Below are positions 25,916 to 39,925 of a stretch of DNA of 64,000 bases, one piece after another. Every line of letters starts with the position of its first letter. The first letter of the stretch is position 1. The DNA lies in NCBI RefSeq assembly GCF_009914755.1, contig NC_060930.1; one strand, 5' to 3'. The DNA comes from the human T2T-CHM13v2.0 reference genome, Homo sapiens. The notes beneath the pieces are model-generated. The model searched no databases. It had not been told where the DNA came from and saw only the letters and a program-made list of their open reading frames with translations. The position numbers and the translations under genes were made by a program.

Positions 25916-26502
25916 AAAAGAAATTACAGAAAAAAATGGAAAATCGTATATGGAGGATCTTTTTCTTGAAGCTCACTGACCTTTCGAGCATCTAAATCAA
26001 TAATCCTGGTTCGAAGAAGCACTGTTTTCTTGATATTAAACAAAGTGTGTGACATTTCTGGGTCTGTTCCCTGAAAATGGTATTGCCTGAAAAAATACTA
26101 AAATTAAATAAATAAGTAATAAATAAATAAAGCTGATTTGGGTTTAGGGGGAAAATGGTATTGCCTGTACCTGACATCTAATATCATTTTCCATCTGGCT
26201 TTATGTGACCCTAAGTAACAAATATCAGGGGTTAAGAGGAAGTCTTAGAGCTCCAACACGTTCTACTTTCCACTCACCCACAGTTAAGAATCTAAGAGAA
26301 ATCCCCAAACCTCAATGACTCAGAATAAGACAGCCCTGTCCAGGCCTCTGCAGCAGGGCAAATGGAGCCCCAGGGCTCTGCAGTGTTCTTCATTCCACAA
26401 CCTATGACACCCTCTTCACATCAAAATTTATCACTGAAACACATTTGCCCCTTTATCCCAGAGGAAGATTCAAGGCTCCCGGTGCATTCCTCATTACCAA
26501 GT

Positions 26503-26585
26503 ATAGTTGCCAGATAAAATATAGGATGACTGATCAAATTTAACTGGACACCCTGTATTTTTATTTGCTAATTCTGGAAACTCTA
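26503..26585. mobile_element. MER53-like hAT MITE, internally deleted
   Basis: Inverted termini tagttgccagat...attctggaaactcta. Confidence 0.55.
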
Positions 26586-26599
26586 GCCCAGGCCTCTCA

Positions 26600-26915
26600 A
26601 CCCTTTAGATGAAAATGCCACCATATCCAGGAAGACTTTCCAGACCACCCAGCCTGTTTTTTTAACTTGCAACCTTTCCTCCCTCAACATTTCCTATCTT
26701 ACTCCTGGGTTAATTCTCCCCATAGCATTTATTGTCACCTGTCATAGGATACATTTTATTTTATTGTATTTTTTTTTATTCTCTGATCTTTCCTCCTCCC
26801 GCCAAGATTAAAGGCCCTCAAGACTATGAGTATTTATCTACTTTGTTCATGCTATGTCTCCAGTGCCTACAATACTGCCTGGCACAGAGTAAGTGTTAGA
26901 TAAATATTTGTGAAT
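26600..26915 (+). mobile_element. L2 3' end
   Basis: tgtctccagtgcctacaatactgcctggcacagagtaagtgttagataaatatttgtgaat. Confidence 0.7.
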
Positions 26916-26999
26916 CAGTTTGTTAAATTAAGTATCTATTTCTTTGATGTCAAAAATGATATTAGAATTGTGATAAATATCATAGGTGAGTTGAATAAT

Positions 27000-27250
27000 A
27001 ATAATGAATACAAATAGATCATATTTATGGTGTACATATATGCCTGGCAATATGCTAAACAGTTTACCTAGATTAACTCATTTAATACAAAACAAAAAAC
27101 AAAAAACCATTTCATACTCACAAAAAACTGTCATCTTCATTTTACAGCTGAAGCAACTGATACAGAGAAAAATAAGAAACTTGCTCAAGGTCACATAGGG
27201 TAGCTTCAAGATTCAAACCCAGCTGCCTGACTCTAGAGAGTGAGTTCTTT
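27000..27250 (-). mobile_element. MIR
   Basis: cattttacagctgaagcaactgatacagag...aacttgctcaaggtcaca. Confidence 0.7.
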
Positions 27251-29567
27251 CCTTAAAAATAATGTTTTTACCTGGGAGACAGAAATGTGAAAAGTGGATT
27301 AAATACTTACACAAATGATTGAAGGCTTTTGAATGAATAAATTACTTCACCTGGCAAAAAAAAACAAAACTGTGTTTAATGGATCCCCATATGTGAAATA
27401 GAACCTGGATGTGGACAAGTTAAGACATTGTTACGTAACAGATTAGAGTCATGTTAATACACCATTGGGTTGGAAGGGAGGCTGAGAAGGTGGGTTCATG
27501 GCTGCTAATATGTTTTTGCTCACTTTGAAGCTCAGAAACTTGACTCCAGTAGGTACCAACATATAACTGGCTCTATATACTGTGTACACAGGTAGTTTCT
27601 TCACTTAGGACTTTATAAAGATGGCAAAGGGATTGATAAGTAACAACTGAAGTCACCGTATATTCTGAAATAATAGTGATAATTTATTTTAATAACAATT
27701 AACATGAACACAAATATACACAATTCTAGGTAAGGTCTGATTTAAATTTCTAGTTCCTCCTCATTGAGAAAAAGGCTATATTATTACTCTTTGCCACTGA
27801 CATGAAGGGAATTCCTCTTCTTTTGCCCATTTGGAAAGCCTCTTCTTTCCCCTTCTGTGTTGGATGTTCTCAGCTCACACTGCTCTGTGCTAGGTTCTTT
27901 TTCTTATATGAGGATGCTTACTATCATTTTCACATTACTCCTAATACCTGCTAAAACAATGATTCCAAATTTACATGAAGGACTCTCTGTTATTTAAAAC
28001 TAGTGCACAGTGCCGCTATCAAGACCCAGGATCCCAGCAACAGCCCATATGTAGGAAGCAGTAGCCAGAAGCTGTTACTGATTAACTATTGCTTGCTCTT
28101 TTGTGGGCAATGCTTTTGCTGGTCTTCTCTTGGGCATCTAGCCCAAGATCAACAAACAACAGCCAACAGGAAAAATCTAGCCAATAGCCTGTTTTTGTAT
28201 AGTCCAGGAGCTAGGAAAGGTTTATAGAGAAAAATATTTACAATCCATTAGAGGATATGGAACACCAATGTTAAACATCTGTTAAGTAAAATGTTCTTTT
28301 AAAAAAATCGATTCTTCTTAGCAAAATTGTATTGCAGAAAATTGTACTCCATTATATTTTTAATTTCATCAATTAAAATTGTGGAAACATGTGTTCTCTT
28401 TTGCTATGTAAGTAGCCACTTATACTCAATTTAGCTTCTTGGCCCATAAACCCTAAAATATTTACCTACCTTTTACAGAAAAAAAAGTGCTTATCTTTGT
28501 TCTAGTCTTTGATATTAAGGCAGTATGATGCCAAAAGGCTAATTGATAATTATTTTTTAAAAGAGAGTAGGTACATTTTCACCAACTCTAATTTTCTTAT
28601 TTAGATGTGATTTAAGTATGCTATTTAGTGATATCTTTTTTAAACTTCATATTTATTTTCTGGCACAGACAGGGTTATTAAAATTTTTTATTGTTATTTC
28701 CATTTTTGAAAGACACTACTTTTTTAGCATAAGTTTGTATTGTTTCAACTTACTAATTGTTACTAAAACATTCCACTTTGGCAGTTCATTTTTATGGGAG
28801 CAAAATTATATGCAGTGCATTGTAAAAAGATAATTCAGTTCATTTAAAAAATGCTTCAATAAACACAATCTAGAAAGGCTTTTTCTTCAGGATCATCTTT
28901 TCCGTATCTATATCAGCAAGGGTGTTAATAATTTTTTAAAAATTCCAATTGACTGGCATCTCAGTTCAGATGGAAAAAAATAAAACTTTTTTAAACAAAA
29001 TTACCTGCTGAAGGAAGTTTGCATGGATGTCCACTCAAACACCAAAAAAAAAAATAAAAATAAAAATAAAAAAAATCCCTTTAGCTGACCTCAAGGAAAG
29101 TGTGGCACATTCTTGATGGAAGAACGACACTTTTAGTAAAAGAAACAGCCTACAATGATCAATGTTGAACTGAGGGCATTGAAGGAATTATTTCATAACA
29201 GAAGCTCGTTTCTTGGAAAGTCAGAAATAAGCAGCCTTTTAGGCTTCCACGTCCTGACCTGGTCACCTTGTTCCTCTGGATGAACCTCACAATGGGGCCC
29301 ACAGTAAGGGGCTCCATACTGGGGGACTTTTTCACAGCAGTAACCTGGTGACTCCAAGGCCAGGTTGTGGCCAGGATGAAAAGTCAACCAGGACTTGGGA
29401 TGTGCGTGATCCAGTCAGAGGCCAAGTCCTTCAGAGAAATATGGATCCCTTGTCACATCAGGAGAAAGAAGCTAGAGCCAGGTGGCCAATTATCAAAGAT
29501 TTTCTGAGCTGCAACATTCTTCAAATGTGAAACATATCATGTCAGCCTAGGCCCCTGATCATGACTA

Positions 29568-29954
<387 letters not shown>

Positions 29955-30165
29955 CATCAGAGGCCATCACGTCATTCCATAACATTTCCTCTCAGATTTT
30001 TGTGCTTATAGGTATGCATATGCAAGTACTGGATTGTACTGTGAAGTGACTTTGTCACTCTGCATAGTGATCAAAAAGGCACTGGCCTAGACAAAAATGG
30101 TGATGGTGGAAGCAGAAAAACGATAAAGATGCCTTCAGATACATGGAAATGGAAGAGGTCACCTA

Positions 30166-31207
<1,042 letters not shown>

Positions 31208-32978
31208 ACCAGTCCTCCAGAGCTGCATAGAATATGTCAAAAGGAGTTGGCATTTGTGAGGGCACTCACACTATACAGCCCCAGCAGGCAGACTTCAGCA
31301 GGCACAACTTCCCCTGCATGCCCAGGCTTTCTGGCATCCCCTTCCCACTCCTTCCAGTGGACTCTGGGGCTAGTTGGGTTAGATTCTGATAGAACAGAGA
31401 TCATTTGGCCTGCCTGTAGATCAGAGAGAATAGCTTTGGGAACCTGGAATGGCAAAAATTTATACACCGCAGCAATGTGGTAAGGACAAAGACAATGTGA
31501 GCTCTGTTACTGTCACCAGATGCCAATCACCCTTCCCTACTTGAAGGAGAGTTTTAACTTCAGGACTGGCTTTTCAGATTTTTCCTTTTCATCTCACATA
31601 AAATTTGTTACTACTCACCTTCTTGCTTTTAACTGATATTTAGTATATAATTGAATTAAGCCAGACATCAGGATCCTAAAGTGTTTCTCACAGAGTTTTG
31701 TTTGTTTGTTTGTTTTGTTTTCTATTTGCAAACACCAGTCTTCATTGCCCCCAAATAAAACAATTTAGGAGGCTATTTAAAATAGATTTTCCAGGACATC
31801 ATATGTGGCAAGAACTTTGAGAATTCCTAGATATTATGTGAAAATGTGCTTTATGCCCCAGTGCACAGGATAAAAAGTCCACAAGGCTGCCCAAAGCCAC
31901 GTCTTCTACACTCCCCTTTAGGATGGAGCCTGATCCTCTAAAGACTGGACTAAGAGCAGAGATGAAGACTACAGAGGAAAATGAATGCTAAGGGTTTGGG
32001 GGACTTATAGGAATGTAAGGATAGTAAAGGGACCATGATTCAGAGCTCCCTGGAAGTTACTTATTTCCATCCTTTCTTTCACCCTTTCTCCTTCCCCTCT
32101 ATTCACATTATTTGTTGTGGAAACAGTAAAAGATTTGAAATTTGGGTTAAAAATCCTGGCTTCACCATTTCCTACTTGCTAGAGTCTTTCTTGCTTATAA
32201 AATGGGAATGATATTCACTTCACAGGTTGTGAGGATTATGTGAGGGAACATTTGCGAAATGGAGAATAATAGCCTGACATGTAGTAAACACTCACCAATT
32301 AGAGCCACTTCTACTCCACTTGTTCAGATGATGCTAGAAACTCCTTTAATTACAAAGAAAAAGCATTTCAATTAGAGATTAAAAAGTGAGTAAAATTCAA
32401 TTTGATGTATCAATACAGTCTATACCAGATTTTGATGAGACTTGGAGCTAAGGCCCAACTGATTTTGGAGATTTCTAACAAAAAATGCTTTAGTATTTTA
32501 AAATGTATTATTACTTTTAAAGACTTGTTATCTCATTAGTAAATGATAAATAAATGGTAAGTTATCTCATTTCTAAATGGTAAATTATCAGAAGGAAAAT
32601 AGGAGGCAGAATAAAAACGAGGCAGATGAATTATCGCCAATGTTTATCGAGTTCTTATCCTTGTCAGGCACTGTTCTAAGAGTTTTTTACATGTGAATCC
32701 ATCCAACAACGCTCTGATGTAAGATACTCATTGTCTTAATCATACAGGCAACGAAACTAACTTTCCCAAGATCACAAAACTATAAATAATAGGTCTAGAT
32801 TCAAGCCCAGGCATTCTGGATCCAGAGCACACACTTAGCCTCTTCACCACTTGCTTAGTCCTTAGTTTCTAGATATTGACTAATCAACAAAATGAAATCA
32901 TTATCCCAGGATTATTTTATTCAATTTAAAAGTCTTCTTTTGGTAACCAGCAGCCCTTAGTTTAAATATATACAGCAT

Positions 32979-32980
<2 letters not shown>

Positions 32981-33014
<34 letters not shown>
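32981..33014. repeat. (CA)n microsatellite
   Basis: 17 perfect CA units. Confidence 0.95.
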
Positions 33015-33016
<2 letters not shown>

Positions 33017-33658
33017 AACACAGTTGGCAATTGTCTTGTTTATTCATAATCATATTATTTTTAAGATACACAATATAGGAACCAAGTAGTAAACCCTCTG
33101 ATTTTACTGACAGAAATTAGGAGACATGACTAAAGTACTAAAGTCATCCAGTTAATTTGTAAGAAAATCATTATTAAAAGTTGGGGTTCTTATCTTCCAG
33201 TTCAGAGCCCTTTGCTCTATTTTACTGTCTTATAGTAATGACAACATTGAGGACTCACTGTGTGCTCTGTTAAGCTGTAGATTAAAGTTATCCTATATAA
33301 TCTTTCCAAAAATCCTATTCGATGTTTTTATACTCATTTTACAGATAAGCAAACTTATATGGCCTATGTATGTATAAGCCAGTCCATGTTATTAACTTTC
33401 ACATTAATAGCATTGCATGCACCAGATTTATTAGTTAATTTAAATAAATAGACAACCCAAGGGCTTTATATTATTTTTGGGTTATTTCATTTAGCACTCT
33501 TGTCACTTCTCTGAGTAGTACCCATCTCTGTGTAAGACTACATTGAGAACATTAGTATTCTATGCTACCTATTAGTCTTATTTACATAAAAACAAGGAAT
33601 AAAAGCAAAAAGTTCCACAGGCTAAAGAGCCTCTCTTCTAAATAAAAATCAGTTGGTA

Positions 33659-34007
<349 letters not shown>

Positions 34008-35772
34008 TTAGAACTTATTTTCTGTTTTATGATTTCTTTCAAGAGCCTTCGTTATTTAGAAAGCAAATGTTAGAAGAGCTGAACTTCCTCTGTGTGTGCC
34101 ATAAAATCCAGTCCACATCTGTGTGCTTCTCAAGCATGTGAATCTAGCCACCATTCTGAAGGAATAGGGAAACCATTCAATAGTTGCTGTATGAAGAGGA
34201 ATAAAATGCCAGTTGGAATTAGAAGGCAGTGCAGAATTCTGTTAACATTTGCAAATAATGCTGGCTTGTTTGCTTCTACTTTTGGTTTTATATATTGTTG
34301 TAGTTATTTTGTAATCTCTCCTCTTCTATTGCTCAGTTTAATTAACTGCTCATCAAATCATCTTTCGATGAGGCATATCAAAAGGTGCTGCAGGACAGCA
34401 CTTTCCACTTATAACCTAGGGGAATGTAATGGACTCAGGCACTGACACTCTGAGGATTATTTAATATTAAATTGCAAATTAGAATTAAATTATGGTTATT
34501 CAATGATTGATAACTAATTAAATTCATTATAAATGAATTAATAATTATTACCAAATTAATATCAAAGTGCAAATCATCTGAGAAATCAAAACTCTAAAGA
34601 GGAAGCTTAAAGAAAAGAATGCAAACTGATTTTCTGAACTAACTCTACATGGACAGTTCCTATTAATATTTAAGGAAGAAAACACACAAAAACCAACAGT
34701 CACTCATTTCCGGAATTCCATCTTTACTAGGCCCTCTGGGCCAATTACATTTGTTTGATTAAAGTCAAATTCTGATTTAACCTTCAAGATACTTTATGCT
34801 CTGGGGGCAGCTTCACACATCCCTCCCAGCCATAACCCATTCTTAAAAAGCAAATACAGGGTGATTATGCTAAATAAATAACCTCATAAAAGAATTTTAT
34901 GCTTGTGACAAAAATCATTTATTCCTAAATGGACATACATAATACATCTTCACATCATATTGTATATAAATTGTTAATTGACGTTCAAAAGGCTGAACTT
35001 AAATGAAGAAAAAAAATTAAAACATTTGGAAAAAGGAAAGATTTGTGCCAGTCAGTTTTGAACATGTACCTCTCAGAAATTAGGAATACACTTCTTATTG
35101 GTTAACTATAAATAAACCAAAAGAAAAAAGAAAAAAAAACTGGGAGTATTCTGTGTTGTGTGATTCAACTCTGTGACCCGGAAGCTGGAATCATGATTGT
35201 TTTATTAGCATGTAGGCAGCTTTTAAAACTCTTAGAGGACAGTTTGCCCTTTCAATTGCATCCCCGCTTAAAAATGACTATCAGTGACATTCCTAAAGTA
35301 TATCCTTGCTTAATTGTAAGACTTGAGGGTGTCTTTAGAAGAACTCCAATCTCACAATCCAGGACTTACTTAGACTTCAGAAATGGCCCTTTTAATCTTA
35401 AGAAGGAGATTCCATAACTCTGTTGGTCTATGTTGGTAATAAGTTGTGGAAGGTTATATTTTCCAAGATGTCTGCAACAACAGCTTGTGTTCCACGTGTT
35501 CTACTACAATGTGTTTCTTACTCTTGAATCTGTGCAGGGTTATGATTTGCTGATAACAGATGGAACACAGCAAATTGATGCAACATGACTTCATGACTTC
35601 CAAGCCTAAGTCAAAAAAGCCAATGCAGCTTTCACCTTGCTCACTGGAAAGGTTGTTTTTGGAGTCTTCTCCCATCATATAAAAATTTCAACTCTCTTGA
35701 GACCACCGTGCTAGGAGGAAGCTTAAGCCACATGAAAAGACCACATGTTGGTGTTCCCATCAATTGCCCGGC

Positions 35773-36151
35773 TGTATTAGTGTGTTCTCATTCTGCTAAA
35801 AAAAGACACATCTGAGACTGGGTAGTTTATAAAGGAAAGAGGTTTAATTGACTCACAGTTCAGTACATGCTAGAGAGGCCTCAGGAAACTTACAATCATG
35901 GTGGAAGGGGAAGCAAACACATCCTTCTTCACATGGCAGCAGGAGAGAGAAGAATCACTTCCCAGTGAAGTGGGAAGCCCTTTATAAAACCATCAGATCT
36001 CAAAAGAACTAACTCACTATCATGAGAATAGGATGAGGAAAATGCCCCCATGATTCAATTACCTTCATCTGGTCCCTCCCACGACACATGGGGATTTGGG
36101 AAACTACAATTCAAGATGAGATTTGGGTGTGGACACAGCCAAACCATATCA
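35773..36151 (-). mobile_element. THE1 solo LTR
   Basis: tgtattag...aaaccatatca; TSD ccggc/ccagc. Confidence 0.9.
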
Positions 36152-36219
36152 CCAGCTGAAGTGCCAGTCCATAGCCAGCATCAACCACAGTATACATCAA
36201 TGAACAATACCATGAGATA

Positions 36220-36464
36220 AACCATGTTCAATAAGAATATATTAATCACATATGAAGTTTTAAATTTTCTATTAGCCATATTTTAAAAATTAAATAAAAT
36301 GAGTGAAATTAATGTTGTTAATATATTTTACTTTACCCATTATATCTAAAAGAGTATTATTTCAACATATAATCAATATATGAATTATTAACAAGATAGC
36401 TTAATTTATTTTATTTGCCATACAAAGTCTTTGAAATAGTGGATGTGTGTGTGTGTGTGTGTCT

Positions 36465-36496
<32 letters not shown>

Positions 36497-36590
36497 TTTG
36501 AACTTAGAGCACAACTCAATTCAGACTAGACACATTTCAAGCACTCAGTAGCAATGTGTGATTATTGCCTTCTCTACTGGACAGCACAGC
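36220..36590. mobile_element. MER33-like (hAT-Charlie) element containing a (GT)n microsatellite at 36444-36495
   Basis: ttttaaattttctattagccatatttt...cacatttcaagcactcagtagc...ctactggacagcacag. Confidence 0.75.
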
Positions 36591-36847
36591 TTTGGAAAAT
36601 TCCAGCCTTCAGCCATCAAGTTCTCCTCCACTCCCACAGCAGCTATGGAGTCTTCCCAGTTAAGCACTAAACAATGTAGAGGTCTCCCCATAATCTTGAC
36701 ACACAAGATACAGGTTTTAAGCTGCTAAATTTTGGGATAATGATTGGCACTGATAGTGGAACCTAGGTACTACTAGAAAGGTGGGTTACGAGAACAGATG
36801 TGTTTTTTGTCCTCTGTTTAAGCTTAATTATTTTTGAGAAAGATTAA

Positions 36848-37400
36848 ATCATAGAATCTTAGAGGCCCTTAGAAAAGGTCTTAAAGAGTGTTTATTTCAA
36901 CCTCCTACCTAGTGCTAATCATGTCTATATCATCCTCAGAAAATGGTCTACTCATCTTTGCTTGATCATTTACAAGTTACACCTCACAAGAAAATGTATT
37001 GAATTTTTTAGTGATTTTTACTTTTTGAAATTTTCCTTTATATTGAATTTTTAAATGGCCTTTTTATAACTTCTCTTCACCAGTGCTATTTTGGCCTCTA
37101 GAGCTACACGTCTCATCCCTCTGATGTAATAGCCTTCAGACCAGACAATAAATATATTTTCTCTGCCTATATATTACCCCACCTCAACCCCCATATTCCT
37201 TTTTCTAGGCTGAACACCCAAATTTCTTCAATTGCTCCTTGTAAGACATAGTTTTAAAAACTTTAACCACTAGACTAAACTCCCTCAGCTTTCCACTTTC
37301 TGACTCTTCATAAATCTCAAATCTTTCAATGTAATACTCAAAAGAGTATGCTCTAGATATGGCCTGGCCAATACACAGTTGAGTAGGACGGTTAGTCTTG
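36848..37400 (-). mobile_element. CR1/L3 LINE fragment
   Basis: atcatagaatcttagag...; ttttctaggctgaacacccaaatttcttcaattgctccttgtaagaca. Confidence 0.55.
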
Positions 37401-39689
37401 TTCTAGATGATGTATTTTCATGAAGGTAAGAAAGATTGCTGCTCTCCAAAGGTATTTTAATGAAGCCGGGGCTCCCTCTATCTAAACACAAAGGATTGGT
37501 ACTGATAGTGGATTAAGAGATAGCAGGGACTAAACAAATAGTCCCTTAGCTGCATGCAGCAATTTAGAGCCTAGGACTTAAAATTGGAAGACTGACTTTG
37601 ATTTCAATTGGCAATTTACTAGATATGTGACTTCAGGAAAGTTGTTTATACTGTCTGTGTCACACTTTATTAAAAAAAAATCTTTATAGGAATATCATAA
37701 GAATATCCTAATATAGAAATGTGGCATTTTTGGCAGTCATTAAATGAACTAAATATGTATAAATGATTTGCAATCTGTAATTATACAAACATAAAATCTT
37801 TTTTAAATTACTGTCAACCTAAGAATAGATCTTGATGCTTATTTCCATATAATTTTAACTTCCTGATTTTGACTTATCATCACAGCTTGTGGAAAACTTT
37901 CTTTAAAATGTTATTTAGTCTGGTTTAGTAATTCAATAAATACTAAGCATTTATTCAGTATGACACATAGCATATTGGTTCTCCTTAGAAAGTCGATGAA
38001 AGTTTCAAAGTTCCCAGGTTATCCATCAACTGCTTACAGATCCATTGGAGTATTTTAATCAAAGGAGTAATTTGATTTTGGACTCAGGATGCTGTTCTTT
38101 GTACCTGATGATCCGGAACCCTGGGTCAGGTTGCCTAGGGCAGCAGCAGCAGTAGTCAGTAGACCTAACTCCACTTTAGGGCTGCTACAGGGAGCTACCT
38201 GTACAGCTTCCTACTCCATTCCAAAGCTCTAGCACAGTCTGAGTGAGCCAAACAATTACTACAGAATAAAAGAGCCTTTTTAATTAGTGTAGTTGTTGGA
38301 TCTGGAGACTCTGGGACTCAGACTGGTGCAGGGCAGTAGGCCGTTAGGTATCTGGAACTTAATCATGGAGGAGACTGCACTCCTCTGCAAGGCTTCTAGT
38401 GGCACCAGACTCAGGAACAAGCTGTAACATTTGGACTTACTACGTCAGTCCTCAATATACTCCCACTGAAAAAGCCTAGAAGAGAGAAGCATATTTTCCA
38501 TGTTCCTTCCCTTTATTTCATTTTCTTTTCTGTCTATACAATAACATTCATATAAAGTATAGCAACTTTAAACTCACTGTGAATGGCATGGCAGAGAATG
38601 GCAAGGTATTTTTCTGATATGACCTAGCATAGATATATTACAGATTTCTCCCGTCTACAAGTCATATATGCTTAGAGGGACCTTCTGGATCAGCTAGTGT
38701 GACATACTCAATTTACAGGAGAGATTGAGCTTTGGAAAATTAATTTGGCAAATTAACGGCAGCACAGACTACAATTTCCTATCTAATGAATTTTCTCTAT
38801 GCTGTACGGATTAAGCAATTGAGTTAAGCTGCTGAGAAGGTCACAAATACACAAACATACATATATACACTCAGGCATACACACATTAAGTTGGAGTGTG
38901 AAAGAAACTGAGACAAACATCACTTATAATCTGATTCATGGCAGTTTCTCTTCATAAATGGAAACTGGATGGACCAGTTTTGCATTTCTGTTTTTTTTTT
39001 TTTGAAAGCTGCGATGAAGTGACTGAATTGATCCACCCTCATTATGTACACCCACTCTTAGTTGCATACACTATCCTGAAACTCCATTAACATCTACTGA
39101 AATATGGGGTCTTGCACAACTCTCTATTAAGTGGCATTGAAGTTAGAATTAAGAAAGCAGAATGGGATCAACCATGCAAGGTTTCCAGAAAGGTAGATCT
39201 TTAAGATGGTAAGAGCAATACATCCATGTAGAAAAATGAGGATAACGTGAAGTTAAACAGCTTCTAAAAACATAGAAGTGGAAACAATCAAGTGGTATGA
39301 GAAAGGTAGAAAGCAAATAGTCTTGGCTGGGGCAGGGGCAGATGTATGGAAATCTGGTAGAAAGTGATGTGAAAGTGTGGCCACTGTCTCGACACCATCT
39401 AGATACGCATAATGGCATTATGCCGCTTCTACTGCTTATTGCACAGGGCGGTAATCCCAGCAGTGAAAACAATGTGGAGGCAGTTAATATTTGTAATATC
39501 ATATGGGGCAGTTTCCAAAGTTAAATGCATTTCTCCCCAACATGGAGCTGGTTAGAACTAATTAACATGAAATCCATTGTACAAAAAGAGGGAGCAGAAG
39601 TGCTCACACTTCACTGAGTTTTTCATGTAAGTAATTCTGTGAAATCAAAGCAAGTACTGTACTTGAACTACTCTGTCAGGAACTATATA

Positions 39690-39925
39690 TGCCATGCATT
39701 TATTAGCATTTCATGGTTTACCAAGCACATTCACAGATACATTGTGTTTCGTCTGACTTTCACATCAATCCTATGAGTTAGGCTATTATTATTCACAACT
39801 CACAGATGAACAAAGCCCAGCCTTGAGAAATTTGGTGAGTTGCCTGAGGTCATTCCACTTGTGGTGTCAGTGTTGGAGCTCAGACCCAGGTTCTGAATCT
39901 GAATCAAGTTATCTTTCCACTGAAC
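39690..39925 (-). mobile_element. MIR
   Basis: cacatcaatcctatgagttaggctattattatt...cagatgaacaaa...gagttgcctgaggtca. Confidence 0.65.

Larger units (their letters stand above)
35445..36745 (+). mobile_element. Old MLT1 LTR split by THE1 and MER33 insertions
   Basis: MLT1-like pieces at ~35445-35772, ~36152-36210 and ~36590-36745. Confidence 0.6.

Noticed and set aside
25721-25935. Possible TSD (aaattacag) around the short L1 3' end with ~50 nt extra 5' sequence
   Set aside because: Match is too short and A-rich to distinguish from chance.
34440-34570. TAAT/ATTA-dense stretch as a homeodomain enhancer
   Set aside because: Cannot be separated from simple AT-richness without conservation data.
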